DNA of 64,000 nucleotides from Rhodosorus marinus CCMP1338 (lineage: Eukaryota > Plantae > Rhodophyta), in contig JAMWBK010000008.1 in the NCBI GenBank assembly GCA_029953675.1, forward strand, positions 186,001 through 250,000, written 5' to 3'. The position numbers and the translations under genes were made by a program. Positions 9,196-20,139 of the stretch are shown piece by piece. Below the pieces are notes generated by a model. It saw only the letters and a program-made list of their open reading frames with translations. It did no database searches and had not been told where the DNA came from. Positions within the stretch are counted from its first letter, which is position 1. Every line of letters begins with the position of its first letter.

Positions 9196-12100
9196 ATGGA
9201 TCTACAGTCTTATGTCCTGAAGGAGGGCGGAGACTGGGGCATTTTTTGGCGTACGCGTTTTCGGAGTTGGCTCCGGCGGTGGATTTCTTTGGAAGGAGGC
9301 TGGCTTCCCCTCCGTGGGGGCATTCCCCCAGTCGTCCTTCCTCGTGGAGACCTTCTAGTAGCTGGAACCATTCTCGATTTCATCTTCACGAGCCTGGCTC
9401 GCAACATTCGGGACACAGTCATTTGGGTTTTCCTGCGGGTCATGCCGCGCCTGATTCTGGCCCCCATTCACACATCGGAGGAGCGCAGATGGCGAGTACG
9501 AGACCGACTGGCCCTGTTCTTGAAGGGAGACTTCGAAGCACTACAGCGCAGCTATTTGGCGTCGTCAGCACCATCCGCCCGTCGGACTCGGCATGGCACA
9601 GTGTCGCCCGTGCCGGCTCGAGTACAGAAATTGGTAGCAGTGGGCGATTTAAGTCGAGCGGCGCGGGTTTTGGAGGGCCAGGCGCCTGTCCTCCCCTACG
9701 ATGATAGTCTCTTCCAGACGGTGTCGTCTTTGTTCCCTGAGTCCGACGTGGATTTGTCCCCTGAATTCGAGGTATTCTTGGACCGTCCGGAGTTGGCCAG
9801 GTTTCGCATCGATCTGACCCTCAGTGAGTCTGACCTGGAGGATTTGCTTCGTACCTCGCGTCGGGGACGCTGTCCCGGACCCTCCGGACTAAGAACAGAG
9901 CTATTGCAGGCCCTGAGCCAGCCTGGCAAGAGCGCGCTTCTGAGGATCCTTAACAAGTTGTTCCAGGGCGTATCGGGTGCGTCTGCGCCATGGGAACATC
10001 TCCGGCAGGCACAGCTTTGCTTGCTCACGAAACCTGACCACCAGCCGGCCCACCCGCGTCTCCGGCCGATCGGGATGGTGGAGAGCCTACGGAAGTTAGC
10101 CGGGAGGTGGCTATGCCAGCGCCTTCGCCAGCGCGTCACAGCTTTTATGGCGCCCTTGCAAGTAGGGGTGGGATTCTCTGGGGGTTGTGAACTGATCACC
10201 CATGGGATCGAGCTAGAACGCGCCAGTAGGCCGGAGTGGGGAGTCTTGGTGGTTGATTTCCGGAACGCATTCAACAGCGTGTCGCGGACGCATGCGCTAG
10301 AGGTGCTCCGACGTGTGTTTCCGGAGGCGTGGCCGTTTCTATCGGGTATTTACGGAGGCGAGAGCCTCCCCTACTTGACGCCGGAGGGCACTGTTTTTCA
10401 AGCACATACTGGCGTCCAACAAGGCGACCCTTGCGGACCTCTTCTTCATGCCTGTGCCCTACAGCTCGTACTTTTACGTCTTTCGACTGAGGTCTCGGAT
10501 CTTCGAATCTGCGCGTACCACGATGACGTAACATTGCTGGGCACCCCTGACACCCTGGCTAGGGGACTGACCGCGACCGAAGCGATTGCACGTCGCCTCG
10601 GTTTGACTGTGGAAACAGAAAAATGTCGCTTTCTCCCCCCGAGGGACGTGTCGCTGAACTCTCTGCCACCCACTCTGCGACTAATCAGCGAACGTGAAGG
10701 GTTCGAACACCACGGCGTCGGATTGGGGACTGACAACTTTGTCCAAGCATCCTGCGAGCGAGTTTTGGCACGGCACAAGCAACTCACCGACGCCATTGAG
10801 CACCTACCCGACAGCATGCTGCAATCGGCCTGCTTGCTTTCCCGCTTTTGTGCCGGTCCCAGACTCAACTACTGGTTGCGCAGCCTGCCTCCAGCTTGGG
10901 GCTCGTGGATCGCGGCTAAAGCCGACGAGATGACCCTGCAACACTGGGGAACGCTCTTGGATGAGCCCCTCGATCTTGAAGCTGCTCCCGACAGGGACTT
11001 TATCCGTGCACAGATCGCTCTACCGTTGCGATTAGGGGGATTCGGCGTCGCAGACCGTGGGCTGGTATGCTCGCCAGCGGCGGTTGCCTCCTGGGCTACC
11101 GCGCTGCGAACGTTGGTGACCTTCCAGATGCGAAGTGCCTACCTCTTGGCTCGAGCTTTGACCAACGAGGATCCAGTGAGCCTGCCGCCCTCGCTTTTGA
11201 CAATTTATGATGGTCTTCAACACGCGTTCAGGAGGTGCAACGCCGTGCCGGACGCAAATCGGTCCCGCTTTCGTTCCTGGAGGGAGCTGTTATGGGGACG
11301 AGCTGAAGCGATTGAGGATTCTCCCCTCGACCGAGTTCTTGCCGATGACGGAGAGGCTAGCCCCGGGTCCCCTGTTGCATACTACCCGGGTTTGAGCCGA
11401 TTGTGGAGCCCCCGCACTGATGTGATTCAACATAGCCTCACCTGGGGCCAACACAGTGCCGCTCACACAGTCATGCTCAATTCTCCTCTCACGCCGCCTA
11501 CCACTGCCGCTCGTCTCCGCGCCATGGGAGGCCACCTCTCGCACTTGTGGTTAACCACTCTACCGTCGTCATTGAGTCATCGTCTCGATGCTTTCCAGTT
11601 CCGTTCTGCCGCACGGATCTATCTCGGTTTGCCACAGGCTCCGTGGCACTCTAATCGGCCGTCTTTCTGTCAGGGATGTGAGAGCCGGATTGACGCTTGT
11701 GGCTACCACTTCCTGGGTTCCTGCGGACTGTTGCGAGGTCTCCGTACGAGGCGTCACACTCGCCTCAAGTACATCCTCAGCGAACTTTTGACTCGGATAG
11801 GGCATACGGTTGAGGTTGAGTCGGAACTGCCCAGATCAATCTCGGACTCTGCACCGCCCCGTTGTATAGCCGATCTCCTCGTCTCCGACGCTGCTGCCAG
11901 ACGCTCAACATATGTGGACCTTGCGATTACCTGCCCCGTGGCCAGCGCCCACCTCACCGCAGCCGCCCGCCGCCGGGGGGCCGCGGCTTCAGCCCTTCGA
12001 AGAGTTAAGGAACGACGGTATGCTGAGAGCATGGCCAGTCTGCCTTGCGCTGAGGGTCGCTCTCACCGGTTCCAGCCATTCATTGTGGAAAGCTTTGGTC

Positions 12101-12273
12101 ACGTGGATAAGTCGGGTTTAGAGTGGTTGCGGAAATGTTTTGCTGAGCATCCTACTGAATATTTGGCGCTCTTGAGGCGTTTAAGTGTCTCCCTTTGGCG
12201 ATATTCCAGGGACATGCTTTCCGAGGCGCGCCATCGGCGCCTGGGGTTGCATACTTCCCTCCCTAGTTATTAG
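9196..12273 (+). CDS. Family B ORF2: reverse transcriptase + CCHC + restriction-like endonuclease, 1025 aa
   Basis: RT motifs RPIGMVESLRKL, VVDFRNAFNSVSR, GVQQGDPCGP, AYHDD. CQGC..HFLGSC knuckle. RLE motifs RRH, IADLLV..VDLAITCP, KERRY, FQPFIVESFG. Confidence 0.95.
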   Translation: MDLQSYVLKEGGDWGIFWRTRFRSWLRRWISLEGGWLPLRGGIPPVVLPRGDLLVAGTILDFIFTSLARNIRDTVIWVFLRVMPRLILAPIHTSEERRWRVRDRLALFLKGDFEALQRSYLASSAPSARRTRHGTVSPVPARVQKLVAVGDLSRAARVLEGQAPVLPYDDSLFQTVSSLFPESDVDLSPEFEVFLDRPELARFRIDLTLSESDLEDLLRTSRRGRCPGPSGLRTELLQALSQPGKSALLRILNKLFQGVSGASAPWEHLRQAQLCLLTKPDHQPAHPRLRPIGMVESLRKLAGRWLCQRLRQRVTAFMAPLQVGVGFSGGCELITHGIELERASRPEWGVLVVDFRNAFNSVSRTHALEVLRRVFPEAWPFLSGIYGGESLPYLTPEGTVFQAHTGVQQGDPCGPLLHACALQLVLLRLSTEVSDLRICAYHDDVTLLGTPDTLARGLTATEAIARRLGLTVETEKCRFLPPRDVSLNSLPPTLRLISEREGFEHHGVGLGTDNFVQASCERVLARHKQLTDAIEHLPDSMLQSACLLSRFCAGPRLNYWLRSLPPAWGSWIAAKADEMTLQHWGTLLDEPLDLEAAPDRDFIRAQIALPLRLGGFGVADRGLVCSPAAVASWATALRTLVTFQMRSAYLLARALTNEDPVSLPPSLLTIYDGLQHAFRRCNAVPDANRSRFRSWRELLWGRAEAIEDSPLDRVLADDGEASPGSPVAYYPGLSRLWSPRTDVIQHSLTWGQHSAAHTVMLNSPLTPPTTAARLRAMGGHLSHLWLTTLPSSLSHRLDAFQFRSAARIYLGLPQAPWHSNRPSFCQGCESRIDACGYHFLGSCGLLRGLRTRRHTRLKYILSELLTRIGHTVEVESELPRSISDSAPPRCIADLLVSDAAARRSTYVDLAITCPVASAHLTAAARRRGAAASALRRVKERRYAESMASLPCAEGRSHRFQPFIVESFGHVDKSGLEWLRKCFAEHPTEYLALLRRLSVSLWRYSRDMLSEARHRRLGLHTSLPSY

Positions 12274-12388
12274 TTCATCTTCACGCCTTGCGTAGCGCTT
12301 CAGGCTATGCTAGTAAAGTCCAGCTAAAGCATCGTTTATTTACTTTGTTAGATACACGAAATGTTTACTTGATCTTTCAACGCCAAGT

Positions 12389-12994
12389 TTAGTTCTTGGC
12401 AATGCACGGCATAGACATGGAACATACTGTATTTTCCCCACTCGATACGGGACAATCTTTGTAGGGCTGGATAAGACTTGTTCCAACGCCGTTGTCTATA
12501 GAAACTCCCGTGACCAAGCAAATATCATTAGCAAATGAAGAAAGGACAATATTACTGGGTCCAACAGTCAGGGAACCGGATGGTAGATTGAAGCAGCAGT
12601 CGTATGGAATACACTGGTAAGGGAGAAATAAAGAGTCAGATGGGTCGCTCTCCACAATTTGCCACTTATCAGAATCGTCCTTGGGGACCGCATGACAAGG
12701 CCACAGTCCAAAGCTGGCAGACACCACAGGTTGATGCATATCGATGAAGGAGAACGTCAAGCCAGTAGAATTTGTGGTAATCTCCATCCACCCGATTAGT
12801 TTATCCAGACTATTAACTTTCAGGTACAAACTCAAGTATGCGTTGCTGGTTAAAGCCATCTTCGAATTCGACAGCGATTGACTCGACTGGCAATTCAGCG
12901 GACTGAAAATCTTGCATTTCTGGCTCTGGCCATCGCCACCAACGACCAGTAGAATTAATGCGCAACATAGTAGCGCCAGACGAAATGACGACAT
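12389..12994 (-). CDS. Secreted Cys-rich protein of unknown function, 201 aa
   Basis: Signal peptide (RLALLCCALILLVVGG), conserved Cys pattern, clear paralog at 15630..16235. Confidence 0.8.
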   Translation of the reverse strand: MSSFRLALLCCALILLVVGGDGQSQKCKIFSPLNCQSSQSLSNSKMALTSNAYLSLYLKVNSLDKLIGWMEITTNSTGLTFSFIDMHQPVVSASFGLWPCHAVPKDDSDKWQIVESDPSDSLFLPYQCIPYDCCFNLPSGSLTVGPSNIVLSSFANDICLVTGVSIDNGVGTSLIQPYKDCPVSSGENTVCSMSMPCIAKN

Positions 12995-13510
12995 CGGGAC
13001 TCAAGTTCAATCTCAGCTTCTCTGGATCAGAATTAGATATCTTCTCGCGCGTCAAAATGGGTTATAATGCACGGGTTCGGCTCATGTTCGAAACCCACCC
13101 GGTTCTTTCCTCTTCCAATCCGTTTATATAAACGCCACGAGGTTCAGTGCTGCTTGAACGGAGTCCAAGTATCCGTCTAAGTATCCCTTTGAGGCTTATA
13201 GATTTAGGAAATAAATTGGTCTCGACTATTCGTTCTGGCCATAAAATGTCCGTTAAAATTTCTTTGGCAGATTCCGAGCATTCCTAAAAGCAACGACTAT
13301 CAGGCACTGTTGAACGCAACAGTGCTTGATAGCGCGACACAAGAAATTGTACCCACGCGAGTATCAATACGGGAAAAAATTATCATCTGGCAACTGAATC
13401 CTGATACCAAAAATAGAAGATCGGGCGAGCGTCCGGCACAAGAGGAATAAAAAATCAATTTTTCCGTATAGTGATATTCCATATAGTGATAATTGAACAT
13501 TTGGTGCCCT

Positions 13511-13638
13511 ATGGAGACATTCTAGCAGCATGCTCGCCGAGGTTCGCCATCGGCAGATGGGTTTGCACGCTTCCCTCCCTAGTTCTTACTTCCTTTTCAA
13601 ACGCCTTGCGTATCGCTTCAGCCTATCTAGTCAAGTCC
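13511..13638 (+). mobile_element. Old B-like 3'-end remnant
   Basis: Matches the ORF2 end and 3' UTR of B (..CCCTAGTT..CGCCTTGCGTATCGCTTCAGCCTATCTAGTCAAGTCC). Confidence 0.7.
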
Positions 13639-13978
13639 TAAAAAAAAATGATCGAGCGCCTGCCTGTTGTCATCGAGCAACCCCAAACGCGTGAGCATCT
13701 TCACCAAATAGAAAGTGAAAAAAAATAAAAATATATATATATATATGAACTGTAGGAATGTGCTTGTATTGGCATTCGCTTGTTGACAGATGACAAGCCT
13801 ACTGTGAGGTGCGTGGGGTTTGGTGTGGGGGGTCCCGCCGGGAGGTCCTGATGGGTCAGACTCAACAGTGTGCATATTTTATGAGAAAGCTATTTGCTTC
13901 TTAAGACCCTTACCGAATTTGTCAAGAGTTCGAGACTCTCTCTGGTCACACTTCTCAAGGTGCTTATGCTTCGGCACC

Positions 13979-14070
13979 AGCACATCGCAGGGTTTTGTTA
14001 TTTATAGCACATCGCAGTGTTTTGTTATTTATAGCACATCGCCAGCGTTTTGCTGTTTATAGCAAATCGC
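13979..14070. repeat. 27-bp minisatellite, about 3.3 units
   Basis: AGCACATCGCAG(G/T)GTTTTGTTATTTAT repeated in tandem. Confidence 0.9.
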
Positions 14071-14213
14071 TTGGTTGTAGAACGGGGTTCTGCAAGGTTT
14101 GGGTCAGTTTATTCAGAGCGAGGTCTTCGGACGATTTCCAAATTTGTTCAAGAATACACATCCCAAATTCAAAATGAGGATTTTTTTCGGAGGTGCAAAC
14201 ACATTAATAAGCA

Positions 14214-14599
14214 GCGCCGTCCCAGCGCTGATTATGGTAGACCTAATGAGGTGTTGAAAACAAAAAAGCGGAGCGGACAATAGATTGATTGATTGAATGA
14301 TTTATTATTAGCCGGGAACAATAGGGGCTCTCAAATAGTTACACTGGCAGAGAATAACCCCACTCATATCAAACGCCGTCCTCTCCGCTGTACTCTTGCA
14401 GTCCCGGCGCCGTCCCAGCGCTGATGATGGTAGACCTAATGAGGTGTTGAAAACAAAAAAGCGGAGCGGAGAATCGATTGATTGATTGAATGATTTATTA
14501 TTAGCCGGGAACAATAGGGGCTCTCAAAAAGTTACAATGGCCGAGAATAATCCCACTCATATCAAACGCCGTCCTCTCTTCTGTGCTCTTGCAGTACCG
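14214..14599. repeat. Tandem duplication of a 193-bp unit
   Basis: Units start at 14214 and 14407 (GCGCCGTCCCAGCGCTGA..) and differ by scattered substitutions. Confidence 0.9.
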
Positions 14600-15629
14600 G
14601 CCATGTTCACAGAACCAAAAATTTGGAGTAGGAAAAAAAATTATAAAATTTCCGCTAAACTCTTTCTCCAAATTAGAACATTCTGAAAAGCCATAAAATT
14701 GTGTCGGTCAGCCTTAGCGCTGGTGCTTACGCTAGTGAGCTGCATTCACCCTTCAAAACTTCTCGCAATAGCGTAATAGCTGCGCTTTGATGTTGAACCA
14801 TTCAATCAGATGTTCGAGGCGCCAAGACCTTCATGAGTCCCTAGATATGTTTTTTCCCTATCGGGGGATGTGGGTTTTTCATTCTCCGATTAAGACAATC
14901 TCATTCAACTTCAGTTTCCATATGGGCCTATAGCTTCTTAAGACCACCCCCAGGACCCTTTACCAAATGTTCAATCACTAAATGGAACAATAAATTTTAT
15001 AAAAAAAATATAATTTTTTATATTCCTCCTATGCCCGAACACATGCACCATCTTCTATTTTTGGTATCGGCATTCAGTTGCGAGATAATAAGCCTACCCT
15101 GAGGTATGTAGGGGGGAGAGCAGTGGTCAAGGAGGTCGATTTATTGACGTGTCAGGCGTAACCGCAAGATTTGCTGGGCAGCTGCACCTAGCTTTGCAGA
15201 GGGTCGAGCTTGAACCCCGAGGCTGATAGTCCACAATTTCTGGGGACGGCTTGTGACGAGTCGATTGAAACTCTCAAGCAGAAGTACAAATCTATAGAAT
15301 CGGAATCACACGTTCATGTTCCCGGCAAAATTTAGGGACTGCGAGGCTCATGATTTGGATAGGTGAGTCTGAATGCACAGTTGCGGGTTTCTCGAACGAA
15401 CGAATGGTTCGTTTGCGGGTTTCTGGGGTAACTGTGCTATGACTAGGATATGCGAATCTTAACGCACTGCAAGAGCGCATGATTACGACTATATAAAGAG
15501 TGGAAGAACGTGGTTCTCTGCATTGGCCACGGCGCAGTGTAGGCAAGTTGCATATTTGTGAATATTGCAAGAAATAGAGGTGAATAGAGCCAGTGAGTTT
15601 TTTGGGGGAGAAATTTGCAAGTCGACAAG

Positions 15630-16235
15630 ATGCAGACGAGATGGTTTCGTTTGATGTTCGCGAGTTGTGCGGTACTGCTTTCGCTGGTCGTTGGGGGACG
15701 TGGGGCGAATTGCAAGTATTCGTCCCCCTTAAATTGTTACACGAGCCAAGAAAACAGCAATTCGAAAGCGAGCATGGAATCGCTTAGCTACATGCTTACA
15801 AAGCAAGGAAGTAGCAATTTGCTCGGGTGGATGGGTATTACCCCAACTGCAAAAGGGCTGACGATCGATTTCTCGAGCATGTCAGGGGCGGTTTCTGTGG
15901 TGAAGGTTGGACTTTGGCCTTGCCACGCGATACCCGAGGAGAGCGGAATGTTCTACCAGATTTTTCGGACACCAGACACTAGTGATCCTTCCTCTGCTCA
16001 AGTCTCCCTCGACTGGGAGTGCGCACCTTTCGACTGCTGCTTTAACATGGCAGATGGTCAGATCACTATCGGACCCACTAATATGGTCTTGGCATCATGG
16101 TCCGCGAATGCATGTCTCGTTTCACAAGTCAAGATCGACATCAACGGCAAAGCCGAAAGGGTTGTCCCTTCGAACTGTGATTTAGTTAATGGCTATGCTG
16201 TATGTAAGGTCGCTTTTAAATGCGCTGCCAACTGA
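15630..16235 (+). CDS. Secreted Cys-rich protein, paralog of 12389..12994
   Basis: ATG at 15630, signal peptide. Shared motifs SPLNC, GWM.IT, GLWPCHA.P, P.DCCFN, T.GP.N.VL. Confidence 0.8.
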   Translation: MQTRWFRLMFASCAVLLSLVVGGRGANCKYSSPLNCYTSQENSNSKASMESLSYMLTKQGSSNLLGWMGITPTAKGLTIDFSSMSGAVSVVKVGLWPCHAIPEESGMFYQIFRTPDTSDPSSAQVSLDWECAPFDCCFNMADGQITIGPTNMVLASWSANACLVSQVKIDINGKAERVVPSNCDLVNGYAVCKVAFKCAAN

Positions 16236-16704
16236 AATCTCTTCACTTCGCCGTCTTCGAGATTGACTCGACGCTGAGATGAGATGACGTTGCCTATAGC
16301 CCCTGCTGTACTATTTACAACCAAAGTGGTCAAACGATATGACCTGAAAATAAACGAACTACTTTTAGACGTGTTGCGAAATCCGGACTTTTCTACCGCA
16401 GGACCTCGGGTAATTCGATGGGATGCAGGTTGGTACTGGGGTTGAACGAATCTTCCGCGGGAGCAAGGAGGATACGTGGCAAAAGCATTCAAAACAATGG
16501 AAAATCACAAGTCATAAAGAAACAGAGAGCATGGAATACGCAATCGTGGCCTCTCTTGGCAATGCCTACTGCAGTCAAGCACTGGCTCTATTCCTAATAG
16601 GAAAGGTCAGGTTAATCCCTCCGCGGGACCTCATGCCGGGTAGTCCCTGGCCAAACTGCTACATGTTCAACGGGGCTAGCACGTCCCTCGTTCGCCTTCT
16701 TAAA

Positions 16705-18155
16705 AACCAGTAAATACCGGCTTTACTCGCTTTACTGGCTTTGCTGGCTTGATTGGTTTTATTAGTTGGTTTTTACTACGCAAAGCGTGAAAAGGAACTA
16801 AGAACCAGGTAAGGAACCGTGCAAACCCAGGCGCCGATGGCGCGCCTCGGCAGGCATGCTGTTCGAATATCGCCACAGAGAGACACTTAAACGCCGCCAA
16901 AGTTCCAAATATTCAACAGGTGCTCGGGAAAACATTTCCGCAGCCACTCCAAACCCGACTTCTCCACGTGACCAAAGCTTTCCACAATGAAAGGCTGGAA
17001 CCGGGTGGGAGCGACCCTCCGCGCGAGGCAGACTGGCCATGCTCTCAGCATACCGTCGTTCCTTCACTCGGCGAAGGGCCGAAAAAGCAGCTGCTCCCCG
17101 GCGGCGGGCGGCAGCCGCGAGATGGGGGCTTGCCACCGGGCATGTAATCGCGAGGTCTACATATGCTGAGCGTCTGCAGGCAGCATCCGAGACAAGGAGA
17201 TCTGTGATACAGCGGGACGGTGCCGTGTCCGAGATCGATCTAGACAGTTCCGATTCTACCTCAACTGTATGCCCAACCCGAGTCAAACATTCGCTGAGAA
17301 TGTACTTGAAGCGAGTGTGACGACTCGTACGAAGACCTCTCAGCAGCCCACATGAACCTAAGAAGTGGTAACCACAAGCATCGATCCGACTCTCATATCC
17401 CTGACAGAAAGATGGCCGATTAAAGTGCCACGGAGCTTGTGACAAACCCAGATAGATCAACGAATTGTTTAATCGGAGACTGAGAGAAAAAACCCCGAGG
17501 GGAAAACAGACAAAGCGCCGCGTAGGTCGCGCCTCTCCAATAGCAACGCAGCGTTCATACGCCACAATAAGAAACTCAAGCGAGCAAACAAAGATTGATC
17601 CGTGCAGCAGAGCGGAACTGAAAGGCATCGAGACGGTGACCCAGTGATGAAGGCAACGTGGTTAGCCACAAGTGGGAAAGGTTGCGTCCCATGCCTTGGA
17701 GGCGAGCGGCGGTGGTAGACGGTGTGAGGGGATAGTTGAGCAAGATTGCGTGAGCGGCACTGTGTTGGCCCCAGGTGAGGCTATGTTGAATCACGTCAGT
17801 GCGCGAGCTCCACAATCGGCTCAGACCCGGGTAGTCGGCAACCGGTGACCCGGGCGTAGCTTCCCCCTCGTCGGCGAGTACTCTGTCGATGGGAGAGTCC
17901 TCGATCGCCTCAGTTCGTCCCCGCAAGAGCTCCTTCCAGGAGGGAAATCGGAATCGGCTCTCGTCCGGTATGGCGTTGCACTTACTGAACGCCTGTTGCA
18001 AGGCATCATAGATACTCAAAAGCGGTGGCGGAAGGGTCACGGTGTGTTCCCTAGTCGGTGCTCTAGCCCAAAGGCAAGCACTTCGAATCCGAAAACTCAC
18101 CAAGTTGCGAAGCGCGATAGCCCACGGGCGAACGCCGCTGGAGCGGTTCCGTCTA
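16705..18155 (-). mobile_element. Diverged B subfamily (B2) 3' fragment with a nested family C 3' end at 17459-17591
   Basis: RLE peptide RIDACGYHFLGSC..YVDLAITCP. Degenerate (AGTAAAGCC)n tail at 16705-16760. The C 3' UTR interrupts it. Confidence 0.8.
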
Positions 18156-18156
18156 A

Positions 18157-20089
18157 CGTCACCTGCGCATGGCGGTGTCCAGCTTCTTCGATACGGAGAG
18201 GCGACTTGTGCTGACTTCGCGCTACAAGACAGAGCTGCAGCGGTTGGGGATTTTGGAGGGCTCTGCTTCCAGCACCACTTCCAGCGAGAGTGAGGCAGGG
18301 GAGCAGACCGAGGGCATGGCGGTGGAGGACGCCCAGGTTACTTTGCTGAAGCCCGCGGGATCCGTTCCGCGAGCCTCGCGGAGTGGGCGGCTCACGACTT
18401 TGGTGCGGATAGGAGGTAAGAGAGCGAGGACCGACTCCCCCGGGTCTAAGGGGGAGAAGCACGATTAGCGCTCCAGGCACGGCTGCGAGGTCGCCGCCTA
18501 TGGATCTACAGTCTTAGTCCTGAATCTACAGTCTTATGTCCTGAAGGAGGGCGGAGACTGGGGCATTTTTTGGCGTACGCGTTCTCGGAGTTGGCTCCGG
18601 CGGTGGATTTCTTTGGAAGGAGGCTCGCTTCCCCTCCGTGGGGGCATTCCCCCAGTCGTCCTCCCTCGTGGAGACCTTCTAGTAGCTGGAACCATTCTCG
18701 ATTTCATCTTCACGAGCCTGGCTCGTAACATTCGGGACACGGTCATTTGGGTTTTTCTGGGGGTTATGCCGCGCCTGATTCTGGCCCCCATTCACACATC
18801 GGAGCGCAGATGGCTAGTACGAGACCGAATGACCCTGTTCTTGAAGGGAGACTTCGAAGAACTAAAGCGCAGCTATTTGGCGTCGTCAGCACCATCCGCC
18901 CGTCGGACTCGGCATGGCACAGTGTCGCCCGTGCCGGCTCGAGTACAGAAATTGGTAGCAGTGGGCGATTTAAGTCGAGCGGCGCGGGTTTTGGAGGGCC
19001 AGGCGCCTGTCCTCCCCTACGATGATAGTCTCGCCCAGACGGTGTCGTCTTTGTTCCCGAGTCCGACGTGGACTTGTCCCCTGAATTCGAGGTATTCTTG
19101 GACCGTCCGGAGTTGGCCAGGTTTCGCATCGATCTGACCCTCAGTGAGTCTGACCTGGAGGATTTGCTTCGTACCTCGCGTCGGGGACGCTGTCCCGGAC
19201 CCTCCGGACTAAGAAAAAAGCTATTGCAGGCCCTGAGCCAGCCTGGCCAGATCGCGCTTCTGAGGATCCTTAACAAGTTGTTCCAGGGCGTATCGGGTGC
19301 GTCTGCGCCATGGGAACATCTCCGGCAGGCACAGCTTTGCTTGCTCACGAAACCTGACCACCAGCCGGCCCACCCTCGTCTCCGGCCGATCGGGACGGTG
19401 GAGAGCCTACGGAAGTTAGCCGGGAGGTGGCTATGCCAGGGATGTGAGAGCCGGATTGACGCTTGTGGCTACCACTTCCTGGGTTCCTGCGGACTGTTGC
19501 GAGGTCTCCGTACGAGGCGTCACACTCGCCTCCAGTACATCCTCAGCGAATTTTTGACTCGGATAGGGCATACGGTTGAGGTTGAGTCGGAACTGCCCAG
19601 ATCAATCTCGGACTCTGCACCGCCCCGTTGTATAGCCGATCTCCTCGTCTCCGACGCTGCTGCCAGACGCTCAACATATGTGGACCTTGCGATTACCTGC
19701 CCCGTGGCCAGCGCCCACCTCACCGCAGCCGCCCGCCGCCGGGGGGCCGCGGCTTCAGCCCTTCGAAGAGTTGAGGAACGACAGTATGCTGAGAGCATGG
19801 CCAGTCTGCCTTGCGCTGAGGGTCGCTCTCACCGGTTCCAGCCATTCATTGTGGAAAGCTTTGGTCACGTGGATAAGTCGGGTTTAGAGTGGTTGCGGAA
19901 ATGTTTTTCTGAGCATCCTACTGAATATTTGGCGCTCTTGAGGCGTTTAAGTGTCTCCCTTTGGCGATATTCCAGCGACATGCTTTCCGAGGCGCGCCAT
20001 CGGCGCCTGGGGTTGCATGCTTCCCTCCCTAGTTATTAGTTCATCTTCACGCCTTGCGTAGCGCTTCAGGCTATGCTAGTAAAGTCCAG
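18157..20089 (+). mobile_element. Family B copy, 5'-truncated, with in-frame RT deletion
   Basis: Near-identical to B1 from the ORF1 end onward. LCQ joins GCESRID at 19439. Also has a frameshift and a short duplication at the ORF2 start. Confidence 0.9.
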
Positions 20090-20139
20090 TCCATCTTATA
20101 TCGCTCAGTTCTAGGCTCCGGGGCAGCAAAAAAAAAAAT

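Larger units (their letters stand above)
7472..12321 (+). mobile_element. Family B full-length two-ORF non-LTR retrotransposon (RT + RLE, CRE-like), copy B1
   Basis: Perfect 11-bp TSD AGCTAAAGCAT (7461-7471, 12322-12332). Two uninterrupted ORFs. 3' tail GCTAGTAAAGTCC. Confidence 0.93.

Noticed and set aside
8796-10868. Long antisense ORFs inside B, repeated in every copy
   Set aside because: Shadows of GC-rich coding sequence, repeated only because copies are near-identical.
14214-14599. snoRNA or spliced-leader RNA genes
   Set aside because: No convincing C/D box pair or Sm site by eye; kept only as a repeat.
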